From the NCBI GenBank assembly GCA_038227875.1, contig JBBRPR010000007.1, forward strand, positions 1 to 64,000: a DNA stretch of 64,000 nt. The letters are read 5' to 3'. This DNA is from Planctomycetota bacterium (lineage in GTDB: Bacteria; Planctomycetota; SZUA-567; H5-PLA8). Positions 56,691 through 64,000 of the stretch are shown piece after piece; position 1 is the stretch's first letter, and each line of letters opens with the position of its first letter. The position numbers were made by a program, and so were the translations under genes. Under the pieces are notes generated by a model. It saw only the letters and a list, made by a program, of their open reading frames with translations, searched no databases and was not told where the DNA came from.

Positions 56691-57464
56691 TCATTTCTCC
56701 ATATCTGCTTGCAAGCGCAGCATGCTACCCTGAGTTACAGTAATGAACCCGCGGCGAGGCCGATCGATATCGAGGATCACCGTCAGCACCACCGCGATCA
56801 AGAATGCGAAGATCGCCGTCGACCCGGCCCGGCGTTTCCCCGTGAGCCCCGCGCCATAGGCAATGAAACCGAGAGCCGCGATTGAATTGATAAACAACAG
56901 GTAAATTACAATCTCGGGTACGTGATTCTCCAGCGCCACCCGGTGCGTTTCGCTCACGTCAATCATCGCGTTCACGGCCTGGACAAACAGACTCCCAGAA
57001 ATCGGAGTCGGACTTTGTACGGACGCGGCGGCAGTCGCCTTCCAAATCTGGCTCTGCGTGCGTGATACCGCGGCGAACGCGGCATCCAGGCGCTCCTGGT
57101 CCGCACCGGCTTCGGCACACGCCAGGCGCTGCGCTACGTACACCTTGAGCAGGTCCGACAATTCCTTCTGCTGGGGATTGGGCAGGAGCTGCACGCGCAG
57201 ATAGACCGTGCCGATCGCGTTCGCCTCATCCACGACCAGCGATTTGCGAGTGTCAAAGCGCGTCACGGCCATGGAGAACGTAAAGCCAAACAAAAGCGCA
57301 AGCAACCCGAGCAGGGCTGCTTGCAGCGCGTTGATATGGCCAATTAACGTACTGTCGTTGTGTTCGCGGTGACGAAAGCCGAGTCGAAAGGTAAGTTCAA
57401 TGACGATCAGGAAAGCGGCATACGCCAGAACCAGAATCAGAAATTCGTTGGTAGCCCAGAGCAT
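56691..57464 (-). CDS. Bestrophin-like (DUF4239-type) membrane protein
   Basis: LLALLFGFTFS..RFD.R...EANAIGT; DIDRPRRGFI. Confidence 0.75.
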   Translation of the reverse strand: MLWATNEFLILVLAYAAFLIVIELTFRLGFRHREHNDSTLIGHINALQAALLGLLALLFGFTFSMAVTRFDTRKSLVVDEANAIGTVYLRVQLLPNPQQKELSDLLKVYVAQRLACAEAGADQERLDAAFAAVSRTQSQIWKATAAASVQSPTPISGSLFVQAVNAMIDVSETHRVALENHVPEIVIYLLFINSIAALGFIAYGAGLTGKRRAGSTAIFAFLIAVVLTVILDIDRPRRGFITVTQGSMLRLQADMEK

Positions 57465-57574
57465 CTCAGCACCAGTACTTCCTCGAGAAACGCCCGCAAC
57501 GGCACATCGGCGTTTTTCCCGGCAGACCAGCGTTCAGGCACACAACCGAATCAAGTCCGATGCAACGTTCAACT

Positions 57575-58528
57575 TCAGGCTTTGGGATGGGCCGTCAGGT
57601 AAATATCCTTCAACCGCGACGGCGTGAGATGCGTGTAAACCTGCGTCGTCGAGAGACTGGCGTGGCCGAGCAACTCTTGAACACTGCGCAGATCGGCGCC
57701 GCGCTCCAGCAGATGCGTGGCATAACTGTGGCGGAGCGTGTGCGGCGTAGCGCCCGGGGGCAGGCCGGCTTCAGCCAACCTCTTCACCAGGATGCGACGC
57801 ACGCTACGAACGTCCAACCGCGTGCCAAATCGATTTACAAAAATCGGCGAGGTCGGAATGGCTTCCGACGCGGGCAAATCCGTCCGGCCATTGGCCGCTT
57901 CCAACCGGCGCAACAACCAGCCGTGCAATGCCTGCATGGCGCAGTTTCCAACTGGAAGCATTCGTTCCTTCTTGCCCTTGCCGCGAACCTTGAGGAGCCC
58001 GCGCTCCTGATCCACGTCTTCCATGTTCGCGCCAACCAGTTCCGACACGCGAACACCTGCGCCATAGAGCAATTCGAGAATGCAGCGGTCGCGTATATCG
58101 AGCCAGTGAGCCCCACTGACCGATTCAACCAGCGTGCGCACTTCCGATTCCGAAAGACATTTCGGCAGCGTGCGCGGCATCTTGGGATTGTGGATGCCTT
58201 CCAGCGGTGAATTTTCAACCAGCTTGCGCTTCACCATGAATTTGTAAAAGCTGCGCAGCCCCGACAGGCGACGACCCAGCGTCCGCTTGCTCGTACCCTT
58301 GGAATTCTGGTCGGCGAGAAAGGCGCGGAGGCGGTTGCGTTCGACGTTCTGCGGAAAGCTGATGATGTCGCCGCGTTCTTCAAGGAAGTTGACGAACGCA
58401 GAGAGGTCTTCCGAATACGCTTTAATCGTATGCGGTGAGCAGCCACGTTCGTTGGTGAGGTAGGTGAGGAAGAGATCCACAAACTTCTCGGACCCGTTTC
58501 CCCCCCGGGACGGTTCGCGTTCGATCAT
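57575..58528 (-). CDS. xerC: XerC/XerD tyrosine recombinase
   Basis: SPHTIKAY, G.RVSEL, GKGKKER, PHTLRHSYATHLL, QELLGHASLSTTQVYTH. Confidence 0.85.
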   Translation of the reverse strand: MIEREPSRGGNGSEKFVDLFLTYLTNERGCSPHTIKAYSEDLSAFVNFLEERGDIISFPQNVERNRLRAFLADQNSKGTSKRTLGRRLSGLRSFYKFMVKRKLVENSPLEGIHNPKMPRTLPKCLSESEVRTLVESVSGAHWLDIRDRCILELLYGAGVRVSELVGANMEDVDQERGLLKVRGKGKKERMLPVGNCAMQALHGWLLRRLEAANGRTDLPASEAIPTSPIFVNRFGTRLDVRSVRRILVKRLAEAGLPPGATPHTLRHSYATHLLERGADLRSVQELLGHASLSTTQVYTHLTPSRLKDIYLTAHPKA

Positions 58529-58584
58529 GTAGAATCAATCGGCGCGATCTCTGAGCAGCTTGATCGAAATCCGTATAACGGCAC

Positions 58585-58709
58585 TTCAAAAGTATAAATT
58601 CAAAATTCAAAAACGCACGCGTTGGGGATGTGATTCAAACAAAAAGACGCACCAACGTGTGTCAGGAGCAAGCGGCGCGCGTTTTGAATTTTCACTTTTG
58701 AATATTGAA
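58585..58709. repeat. Inverted heptamer-repeat element (TTCAAAA)n/(TTTTGAA)n
   Basis: Imperfect arms at 58585-58620 and 58675-58709 with an inner hairpin. Confidence 0.7.
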
Positions 58710-58715
58710 ATTCGT

Positions 58716-58991
58716 TCAGCGCATACCGCGAAGAATCGCCGCAGCCGTGATCTTGTCTTTGACGTGAACCTTCTCCGTCGAGATCGGCGACGATCCGGTC
58801 ATCTGCGGATGCTTGGCCGCCGCCTGGCCGGAATACTCCAGCTGCGCCTCGCCCTTCGAAATGGCTTCAATCAAATTCCAGTGCTTATGTTCATCGCCCG
58901 CGGACACATGCATCTCATGCGCCTGCATCGTGACCCGTACGCCCATCAAGAACGCACTGAACATCGCGTTTTCCGCTTCGTCTCTCGTCAT
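58716..58991 (-). CDS. Hypothetical protein
   Basis: SD AGGAG; 91 aa. Confidence 0.55.
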   Translation of the reverse strand: MTRDEAENAMFSAFLMGVRVTMQAHEMHVSAGDEHKHWNLIEAISKGEAQLEYSGQAAAKHPQMTGSSPISTEKVHVKDKITAAAILRGMR

Positions 58992-59206
58992 TTCTCAAAA
59001 TCTCCTGCTGATACTTCTAAGCGAAAACGCGGACGGAGCAAACCCACATCGACGACGGATCCATGCTTAAATGCGTACACGCATATTTAGCGGTGATGCG
59101 AAATTGGGAAAACTTTTATCATTCTTTGCGCGTGACACCGGAATAGCCACACCGTTCGATGGCACTACACGCTATGGGACCGGGCAGGTTGCGAGGATCG
59201 GAAACC

Positions 59207-59554
59207 ATGAAGATCATTATTGTCGACCGGCACGCCAGCAGCGCCGAACTGCTGCGCGTGACACTCAGCAGCCGCGGTTATCCAACTATTGTCGTCGAGG
59301 ACGCGAAGGACGGACTGGCCGCAGTGCGAGCGCACTGGCCCGATGTGGTGATCTTGGACCATGATGTGCCTGGCTTCCCGGCAGGACAATTCATCAAAAC
59401 AACGCGCACGATTGTTCCGGATGTGGACATCCTGCTGCTGTCGGAATCTCCGAATATCGCCGATATCGCGCAGGGATTATCCGTACGCTATGTCTCGAAA
59501 CCCTGTCACCCCACGCACGTACTCGGGCTGTTGCCGGCCGTGGCGAAGCATTGA
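59207..59554 (+). CDS. Single-domain response-regulator receiver (atypical)
   Basis: IIIVD, PDVVILD, LLLS, KP. Confidence 0.8.
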   Translation: MKIIIVDRHASSAELLRVTLSSRGYPTIVVEDAKDGLAAVRAHWPDVVILDHDVPGFPAGQFIKTTRTIVPDVDILLLSESPNIADIAQGLSVRYVSKPCHPTHVLGLLPAVAKH

Positions 59555-59566
59555 TTCTGCCGCGGA

Positions 59567-60217
59567 TCACACTTTGATTTGCGCCAGCGAGCCAATCAGG
59601 AGCGCCGTGACCTGGTAGAAATTCGTATGCGCACGCCTCAACAACGCATCGCCGATCGGCGGCACCCAGACCGACAAATGGGCTCGCGTGAAGGATACGC
59701 AGCGGTGCCGTTTGATCGAAAGGTCTTCCGCTGAAACCGCATTAGCCAGATCCGACCAGAGTTGCGACGCGATCCCCAGCGCAGCGGAGACATGATCGCA
59801 GGGAGAACCCATCCGGTACGCGCAGTACCAGTCGCCAAACGGACAGGGCTTGCCCGACTCCAGCGTACACGCTTCTTGATTGAGCTGGTCTGGATCGCAA
59901 TGCTTTGAAGCCCAGGGTTGAATGTTCACTTGGCTCATGGGGTTCAGGAGTTCATGATATTCGCGCCAGACCGCTCGGTAATACTCTTCGTCATTCTGCG
60001 CGCGTTCCAGTTCCCGCGAGAGCAGCAGACCCACTTGCGCGGTGGGCACTTTGCTGTCGGGCAGCACAGACAGTCCGTCGTTTAATTCCTTCAGCAGAGT
60101 TGCCGTTGGCGACTGACTCAGTAGTTCCGCAGCGATTCCAAACAGCATGGCGTGCATGGCATGTACCGAGGAAACTTCCAGAGTTTGAGAAAGCTGCAGT
60201 CCGTGCTGGGTTTTCAT
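59567..60217 (-). CDS. Hypothetical protein with a Cys cluster
   Basis: SD GGAGG; 216 aa; CTLESGKPCPFGDWYC...CDH. Confidence 0.6.
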   Translation of the reverse strand: MKTQHGLQLSQTLEVSSVHAMHAMLFGIAAELLSQSPTATLLKELNDGLSVLPDSKVPTAQVGLLLSRELERAQNDEEYYRAVWREYHELLNPMSQVNIQPWASKHCDPDQLNQEACTLESGKPCPFGDWYCAYRMGSPCDHVSAALGIASQLWSDLANAVSAEDLSIKRHRCVSFTRAHLSVWVPPIGDALLRRAHTNFYQVTALLIGSLAQIKV

Positions 60218-60249
60218 GGCTCGATGCCTCCGCTAGTTGCGAAATGCAG

Positions 60250-60265
60250 CGCAGTCGATGTGCCA
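60250..60265 (-). promoter_or_regulatory. Putative sigma54 promoter
   Basis: Minus strand TGGCAC-ATCGA-CTGCG, GG-N10-GC, about 30 nt upstream of ATG 60217. Confidence 0.45.
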
Positions 60266-60501
60266 TTCCAACAATGCCGCAAGATCCTGCAACGAATTGT
60301 TTATTCGGCAGTTGCAAGATTATCTAAAATTCGGATCTGGGCCGATCTGAGAAACCATTCCGATTCATGCAAAACAATTTCAAATGCGAATTAATGCAGG
60401 TATGACCGCGCGAACACGCGAGACGCGACTTGATGAAAGACAGTCTGCTTGCATAATGTCGATTACGAAGATTACATTCCGACGTCAGCCCTGCAACATC
60501 C

Positions 60502-60549
60502 GCCATCTTAGCTCAGCGGTAGAGCAACGGTTTTGTAAACCACCGTAGG
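60502..60549 (+). pseudogene. tRNA-Thr(TGT) 5' fragment, probable att junction
   Basis: GCCATCT TA GCTC AGCGGTA GAGC A ACGGT TT TGT AA [ACC] ACCGT AGG, then no T-arm or 3' acceptor strand. Confidence 0.85.
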
Positions 60550-60631
60550 CACTTTATGTATACTTTCAAAGTCTTACTTCATAGGTAAACGGCGTTCAAC
60601 GCTTTCAATAACTTTACTCCGACTTTCGCAA

Positions 60632-60653
60632 AACCACCTCACAACCGCCTCAC
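60632..60653 (+). repeat. Tandem 11-bp direct repeat, putative integrase arm sites
   Basis: AACCACCTCAC AACCGCCTCAC, about 85 bp from the tRNA break. Confidence 0.55.
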
Positions 60654-60765
60654 ACGATTACCTACGGTTTTCGCAGCGGGAATACGTGCCCGGCGTCCGT
60701 GCTTCCAGGCGGCCGGTGCGCCTGTAGGACTTGCCGGGCGCGTCGGCTGTGATAAAACTCGAACC

Positions 60766-60990
60766 ATGAGCCAACAAGGGACACTTATCGAATTTCTGAG
60801 AGCACAAGGACTGAGCGAGTTGCACGCGAAGGTGATGAGGGTGCGGTTCTACGAATGGATGAGTAAAAGCGGGAGGATGCCAGATTCAGTCGGCAGCGCT
60901 CTGCGCGCGCATACATACGCCTTCAAGAATCTTGAGGGACCGTGGGCGGAGTACCAGGCCATGAGGGCAGCGCGCGGCCGCAAGCCATAG
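60766..60990 (+). CDS. Hypothetical element protein
   Basis: 74 aa ORF; weak SD. Confidence 0.45.
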   Translation: MSQQGTLIEFLRAQGLSELHAKVMRVRFYEWMSKSGRMPDSVGSALRAHTYAFKNLEGPWAEYQAMRAARGRKP

Positions 60991-61027
60991 TTTTACTGCG
61001 CCACTCCTCACCGCCCCTACTGCTGGT

Positions 61028-61606
61028 TCACGCCACCGCAAACGTACAGCCTGTCCCTGGCGTGTTATCCCAGTCCACGAGATGGTTGTCTACGCCGACG
61101 TTGGACGACGCTTGCGCCAACGCGATGTCATTGTCCATCTCGGCATATACGCTGAATGTCTGGCCTGCGCTGGCGACGACTTGGCCGGTGTCGTATAGAA
61201 CCGTCCCGGTCGCCGGCGTGATGGCACTGGCGAAAGCGGTGCCGCCTGTCACATGCGCGAAGTCGAGCGCAGGCGTGGGAGTCAGCCAGTAAAGAGAGTA
61301 GGCCGACGGCGTGCCGCCAAACGCGCTAGTGTTCACCTGAAACCATATCTCTTTGCCCACATCCCCGGAGCCGGCCGTGAAACTCCAGATGCTGCGGTCT
61401 AGCTTGATGGTCGCGCTGTTGTGCTCCCAGCCCATCTTCAACGGCGTGGTGTATGTGCCGTCAGATGCGAAGTTCCAGCCACCAGAATAGGTGTAGTTGC
61501 GAAGTACACCCTGAAAGCTCGTTGTGATTGGGACTGGAACAGGGGTGATCGGCGAGCGCGCATACGTTCGCGGTCCCCAAAATGCCATCGCGTAGCCGCC
61601 AGCCAT
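61028..61606 (-). CDS. Phage hypothetical protein, beta-rich (virion/fibre-like composition)
   Basis: Rich in G/T/S/aromatic residues; TGATG coupling to the upstream ORF. Confidence 0.65.
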   Translation of the reverse strand: MAGGYAMAFWGPRTYARSPITPVPVPITTSFQGVLRNYTYSGGWNFASDGTYTTPLKMGWEHNSATIKLDRSIWSFTAGSGDVGKEIWFQVNTSAFGGTPSAYSLYWLTPTPALDFAHVTGGTAFASAITPATGTVLYDTGQVVASAGQTFSVYAEMDNDIALAQASSNVGVDNHLVDWDNTPGTGCTFAVA

Positions 61607-61800
61607 CAGTTTAGTTCCGCCCGTAGATTTATCGCGTCGATTCTCTCGTTAATGGTGTCGATATTCTTCTGCTCAAGTGGCGAGACTGGACGCCCTTCGT
61701 TTCGCGCAGCATCGCGCATGGCCGCAATACACATCTGCATGAGTCGCAGTGCTTGGGCACGAGGGAGATCTTCAGTCTTGAAAGTTTTCGGGCCAGCCAT
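61606..61800 (-). CDS. Small helical phage protein
   Basis: SD GGAG; coupled within the operon. Confidence 0.6.
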   Translation of the reverse strand: MAGPKTFKTEDLPRAQALRLMQMCIAAMRDAARNEGRPVSPLEQKNIDTINERIDAINLRAELN

Positions 61801-61802
61801 TT

Positions 61803-61952
61803 TTATTTACTCCATCGCCATCTGCGCGTTGCCGTCGTTCGACACTTCGGACAATCCGTCTTTTCAAGGTCGCGGCGGGCCTTCGCTGCGTCGCCAAATG
61901 TCGTGTGCTGCGCGGAATGTCCGCAACGGTGTTTAGCTACGATGCGTGCCAT
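61803..61952 (-). CDS. Small Zn-ribbon-like phage protein
   Basis: CGH...CPKC; ATG one nt after the terL stop. Confidence 0.55.
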   Translation of the reverse strand: MARIVAKHRCGHSAQHTTFGDAAKARRDLEKTDCPKCRTTATRRWRWSK

Positions 61953-61953
61953 A

Positions 61954-63234
61954 TTAGTACCAGCTCCGTGCTGGCCGATCGGTGGGCACACTTACCCAGC
62001 CTTCCTTACGTGCGAATGCTGCCATCGAGAGCGCCGACACAAGATTGTCCGGCTCTCCGTGGTAGCGCCAGATTCCGCCCTTGTACTCACATTTGTAGTT
62101 CCGCATTTCTTCGAGCAGATTGGTCAAGCATTCCGGCACGCTGATTTCCTGCCGTTCGATGATCAGCGCCAGGGCTTCGACAATGGCGGTTTTATTCTGC
62201 CACACTTGATAGATAAGCCGGTGTTTCGGGCACGCTGCTTTGTAGAGCTTCAAATACTCGTCGCCCTTGCCCTTTGCCGGCGCGCCGCCGCCGGTCGCGT
62301 CGAGTACGACCAGCGCATCGCCCCATTGCCGCGCCAGCGTGCCTACGCGTTTAGCCTGTACCGCGTGCTCCATGCCGAGCGGAAATATCTCGGTGTACTC
62401 AATCACGCCGGTTTCGATGTTGAGCACGACCACGGCAGACGGGTCGCGCGTCTTGCCTATGTCACAGCCGATGACGAAACAACCGGGGCGGGCTTCCAGC
62501 GCCTCACCGCGGATAATCCGGTCGATCTGCGAGCCGGGGAAACAGGTATCGGGCGCGTCGCCTTTGAGCGTTCCCTCCCATTCGAGTTCAAATCTCCATT
62601 TTACGGTTTGAGATTTTGCGATCTCTAATTCCAGCTTGCCGCGCTCCGTCATGAACGCCGGGCCCATGCGCGAGGGGATGAGCCAGCTTTTGTAGCGCGG
62701 CGCGCCGAAGTCCACGGGGTTCGATTCCGTGCCGGGTTCCGCCTGCCCCGGCGCGAAGTAGCCTTTTGCGTACCATGAACCGGGGCGCATCTGGCCGAGC
62801 ATTAATATACGTCCCTGCGTCGCGCCGATGACGGGGCGGATCACGCTTTCATAGTCGTCTTGGGACACGTCTTGAATTTCGTCGATGATCACCAGATGAC
62901 AGCCCTTTGAGCGAATATTTTTAGCGCGTTCAAGTGAGCGGAATTCGGCTTTGGATCCATTTTTGAAGAATATGCGCGTGGGTCGCGTGAGCGTTTTTTC
63001 AACGTGCTGCTCGATGCCTTCAACCTTCCAGAATGCTTCAAGTATTTCTGTCTCTTGGCTGCTCGTCGGCGTGGCAATCAAAGTCTTACCCCCACGCCGG
63101 CGATGCAAGCTTTGAACAATGATTTCATCAGCGGCAACATAGCTCTTACCCAGCTTGCGCCCACCTGCGAGCAAACGGAATCGCGCCGGGCTGAAAATGA
63201 TTTCTTCCTGCCAATCGCTAAGACATAATTCCAC
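61954..63234 (-). CDS. terL: Phage terminase large subunit
   Basis: GGRKLGKS Walker A, IIDEIQD Walker B, GCDIGKTRDPSAVVV nuclease motif, DATG. Confidence 0.9.
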   Translation of the reverse strand: MELCLSDWQEEIIFSPARFRLLAGGRKLGKSYVAADEIIVQSLHRRRGGKTLIATPTSSQETEILEAFWKVEGIEQHVEKTLTRPTRIFFKNGSKAEFRSLERAKNIRSKGCHLVIIDEIQDVSQDDYESVIRPVIGATQGRILMLGQMRPGSWYAKGYFAPGQAEPGTESNPVDFGAPRYKSWLIPSRMGPAFMTERGKLELEIAKSQTVKWRFELEWEGTLKGDAPDTCFPGSQIDRIIRGEALEARPGCFVIGCDIGKTRDPSAVVVLNIETGVIEYTEIFPLGMEHAVQAKRVGTLARQWGDALVVLDATGGGAPAKGKGDEYLKLYKAACPKHRLIYQVWQNKTAIVEALALIIERQEISVPECLTNLLEEMRNYKCEYKGGIWRYHGEPDNLVSALSMAAFARKEGWVSVPTDRPARSWY

Positions 63235-63237
63235 ATG

Positions 63238-63561
63238 CTAGGTTCCAAGTAGTTGAGCCGTGCCCGGCCGCACAATTTTCAGTTCAGCAATGGCGGGCTT
63301 TTCGTCGACTACTTCCGGCGTGTCGGACTGCCCCAGCTCATTCTTCCCGAGCCATATCAACAGCGCCGGGTTGCCCTTTTTCGCTGACTCCCATTGCAGC
63401 TCGAGCAGCGCGATACGACGCAGCGCCCGAGCCTTCTTGACGATTTCAGGGAATCCCCGGCGGATTGTCGTCTCGTCAACGCCCAGCGCGTCGGCAATCA
63501 TCACGTTGGAAGCGCCGGCGGTTGCCATGCGTTCGACTTCGGCGGGGTCAAGGTTCTTCAT
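63238..63561 (-). CDS. terS: Phage terminase small subunit-like HTH protein
   Basis: IADALGVDETTIRR HTH; GNPALLIWLGKNELGQSD; directly upstream of terL. Confidence 0.75.
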   Translation of the reverse strand: MKNLDPAEVERMATAGASNVMIADALGVDETTIRRGFPEIVKKARALRRIALLELQWESAKKGNPALLIWLGKNELGQSDTPEVVDEKPAIAELKIVRPGTAQLLGT

Positions 63562-63654
63562 GTTGCAGCGCTCCAGATTTGCGCCGCCCGCGCGCCGCCC
63601 TAAGATGACAGCGCGCAGACGGTTCGGACCCCGCACACATGCGGTGCCCTATCT

Positions 63655-63942
63655 TTAAGCCTTGCGAGGACCACAGAAGGCTTGCATCCGGGCATAGAGC
63701 GCCGCGTCGCTGGCGTTGATTGGAACGGCGGTCGGCACGTCCAGATTTTTGCCACCGGGCGCCGTCGGGGAGTCCATGCCGCTGGGTTCTGCCGATGGCG
63801 TGACGATCCTGCCGCCGCCGGGCGGGATCGGTGTCGGAGCGCTGCCTGCTGAAGACTTGCGAACTTCAGCGAACACTGCCGCCATCATTGCCGGAAAGGG
63901 TGCTGGCGGCTGCCGGGATGCTTCCGTTGCTGACTGGTACAT
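63655..63942 (-). CDS. Hypothetical Pro/Ala-rich phage protein
   Basis: SD GGAGGAG; 95 aa. Confidence 0.55.
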   Translation of the reverse strand: MYQSATEASRQPPAPFPAMMAAVFAEVRKSSAGSAPTPIPPGGGRIVTPSAEPSGMDSPTAPGGKNLDVPTAVPINASDAALYARMQAFCGPRKA

Positions 63943-64000
63943 TTGGGACTCCTCCGTTTGTGGTTACCGTTGCCGTCGCGGTCAATTGCCGCTCAAGGGT

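Larger units (their letters stand above)
60502..64000. mobile_element. Left end of a prophage or phage satellite integrated at tRNA-Thr (continues past the window)
   Basis: tRNA fragment, tandem repeats, tightly packed small ORFs, terS-terL. Confidence 0.8.

Noticed and set aside
57575..58528. Tyrosine recombinase as the integrase of the tRNA-Thr element
   Set aside because: It has housekeeping XerC/D size and motifs, no arm-binding extension, and lies about 2 kb outside the junction on the host side.
60539..60760. Group I intron interrupting the tRNA anticodon loop
   Set aside because: No recognisable P/Q/R/S core and no 3' exon found; phage genes follow instead.

Overview
GC-rich bacterial chromosomal segment, probably Planctomycetota/PVC-like (inferred from a large Hanks-type kinase, pilin style, a PKD-domain secreted protein and the repeat families; unverified). 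About 60 CDS can be supported. Most are housekeeping or metabolic: purU, trpE, comB, def, arfB, xerC-like, PMI, PMM, ROK kinase, MalK-type ATPase, an amino-acid ABC pair and a stand-alone LigD polymerase domain. Four loci stand out. (1) From 60502 to the window end, a phage-like element abuts a tRNA-Thr(TGT) gene that breaks off after the anticodon arm, with an ACC duplication and arm-site-like repeats. Its terS-terL module runs toward the boundary with no portal or capsid gene after it. (2) An operon at 21886-27078 joins a GT2, a eukaryotic-type UDP-galactopyranose mutase and a double GT-C fusion. (3) A coupled ferritin-like diiron enzyme and fatty acyl-AMP ligase pair lies at 8261-10767. (4) A FadR-regulated eight-gene catabolic operon at 30212-38824 contains a rearranged 2-oxoacid dehydrogenase (E1a-E1b-lipoyl fusion, lipoyl-less E2, no E3). 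Intergenic DNA holds REP/MITE-like palindromes, heptamer inverted repeats, candidate sigma28, sigma54 and sigma70 promoters, and a gene-free 840 bp region with sRNA candidates. No CRISPR array or rRNA was seen. All calls come from motif recognition by eye; no searches were run.
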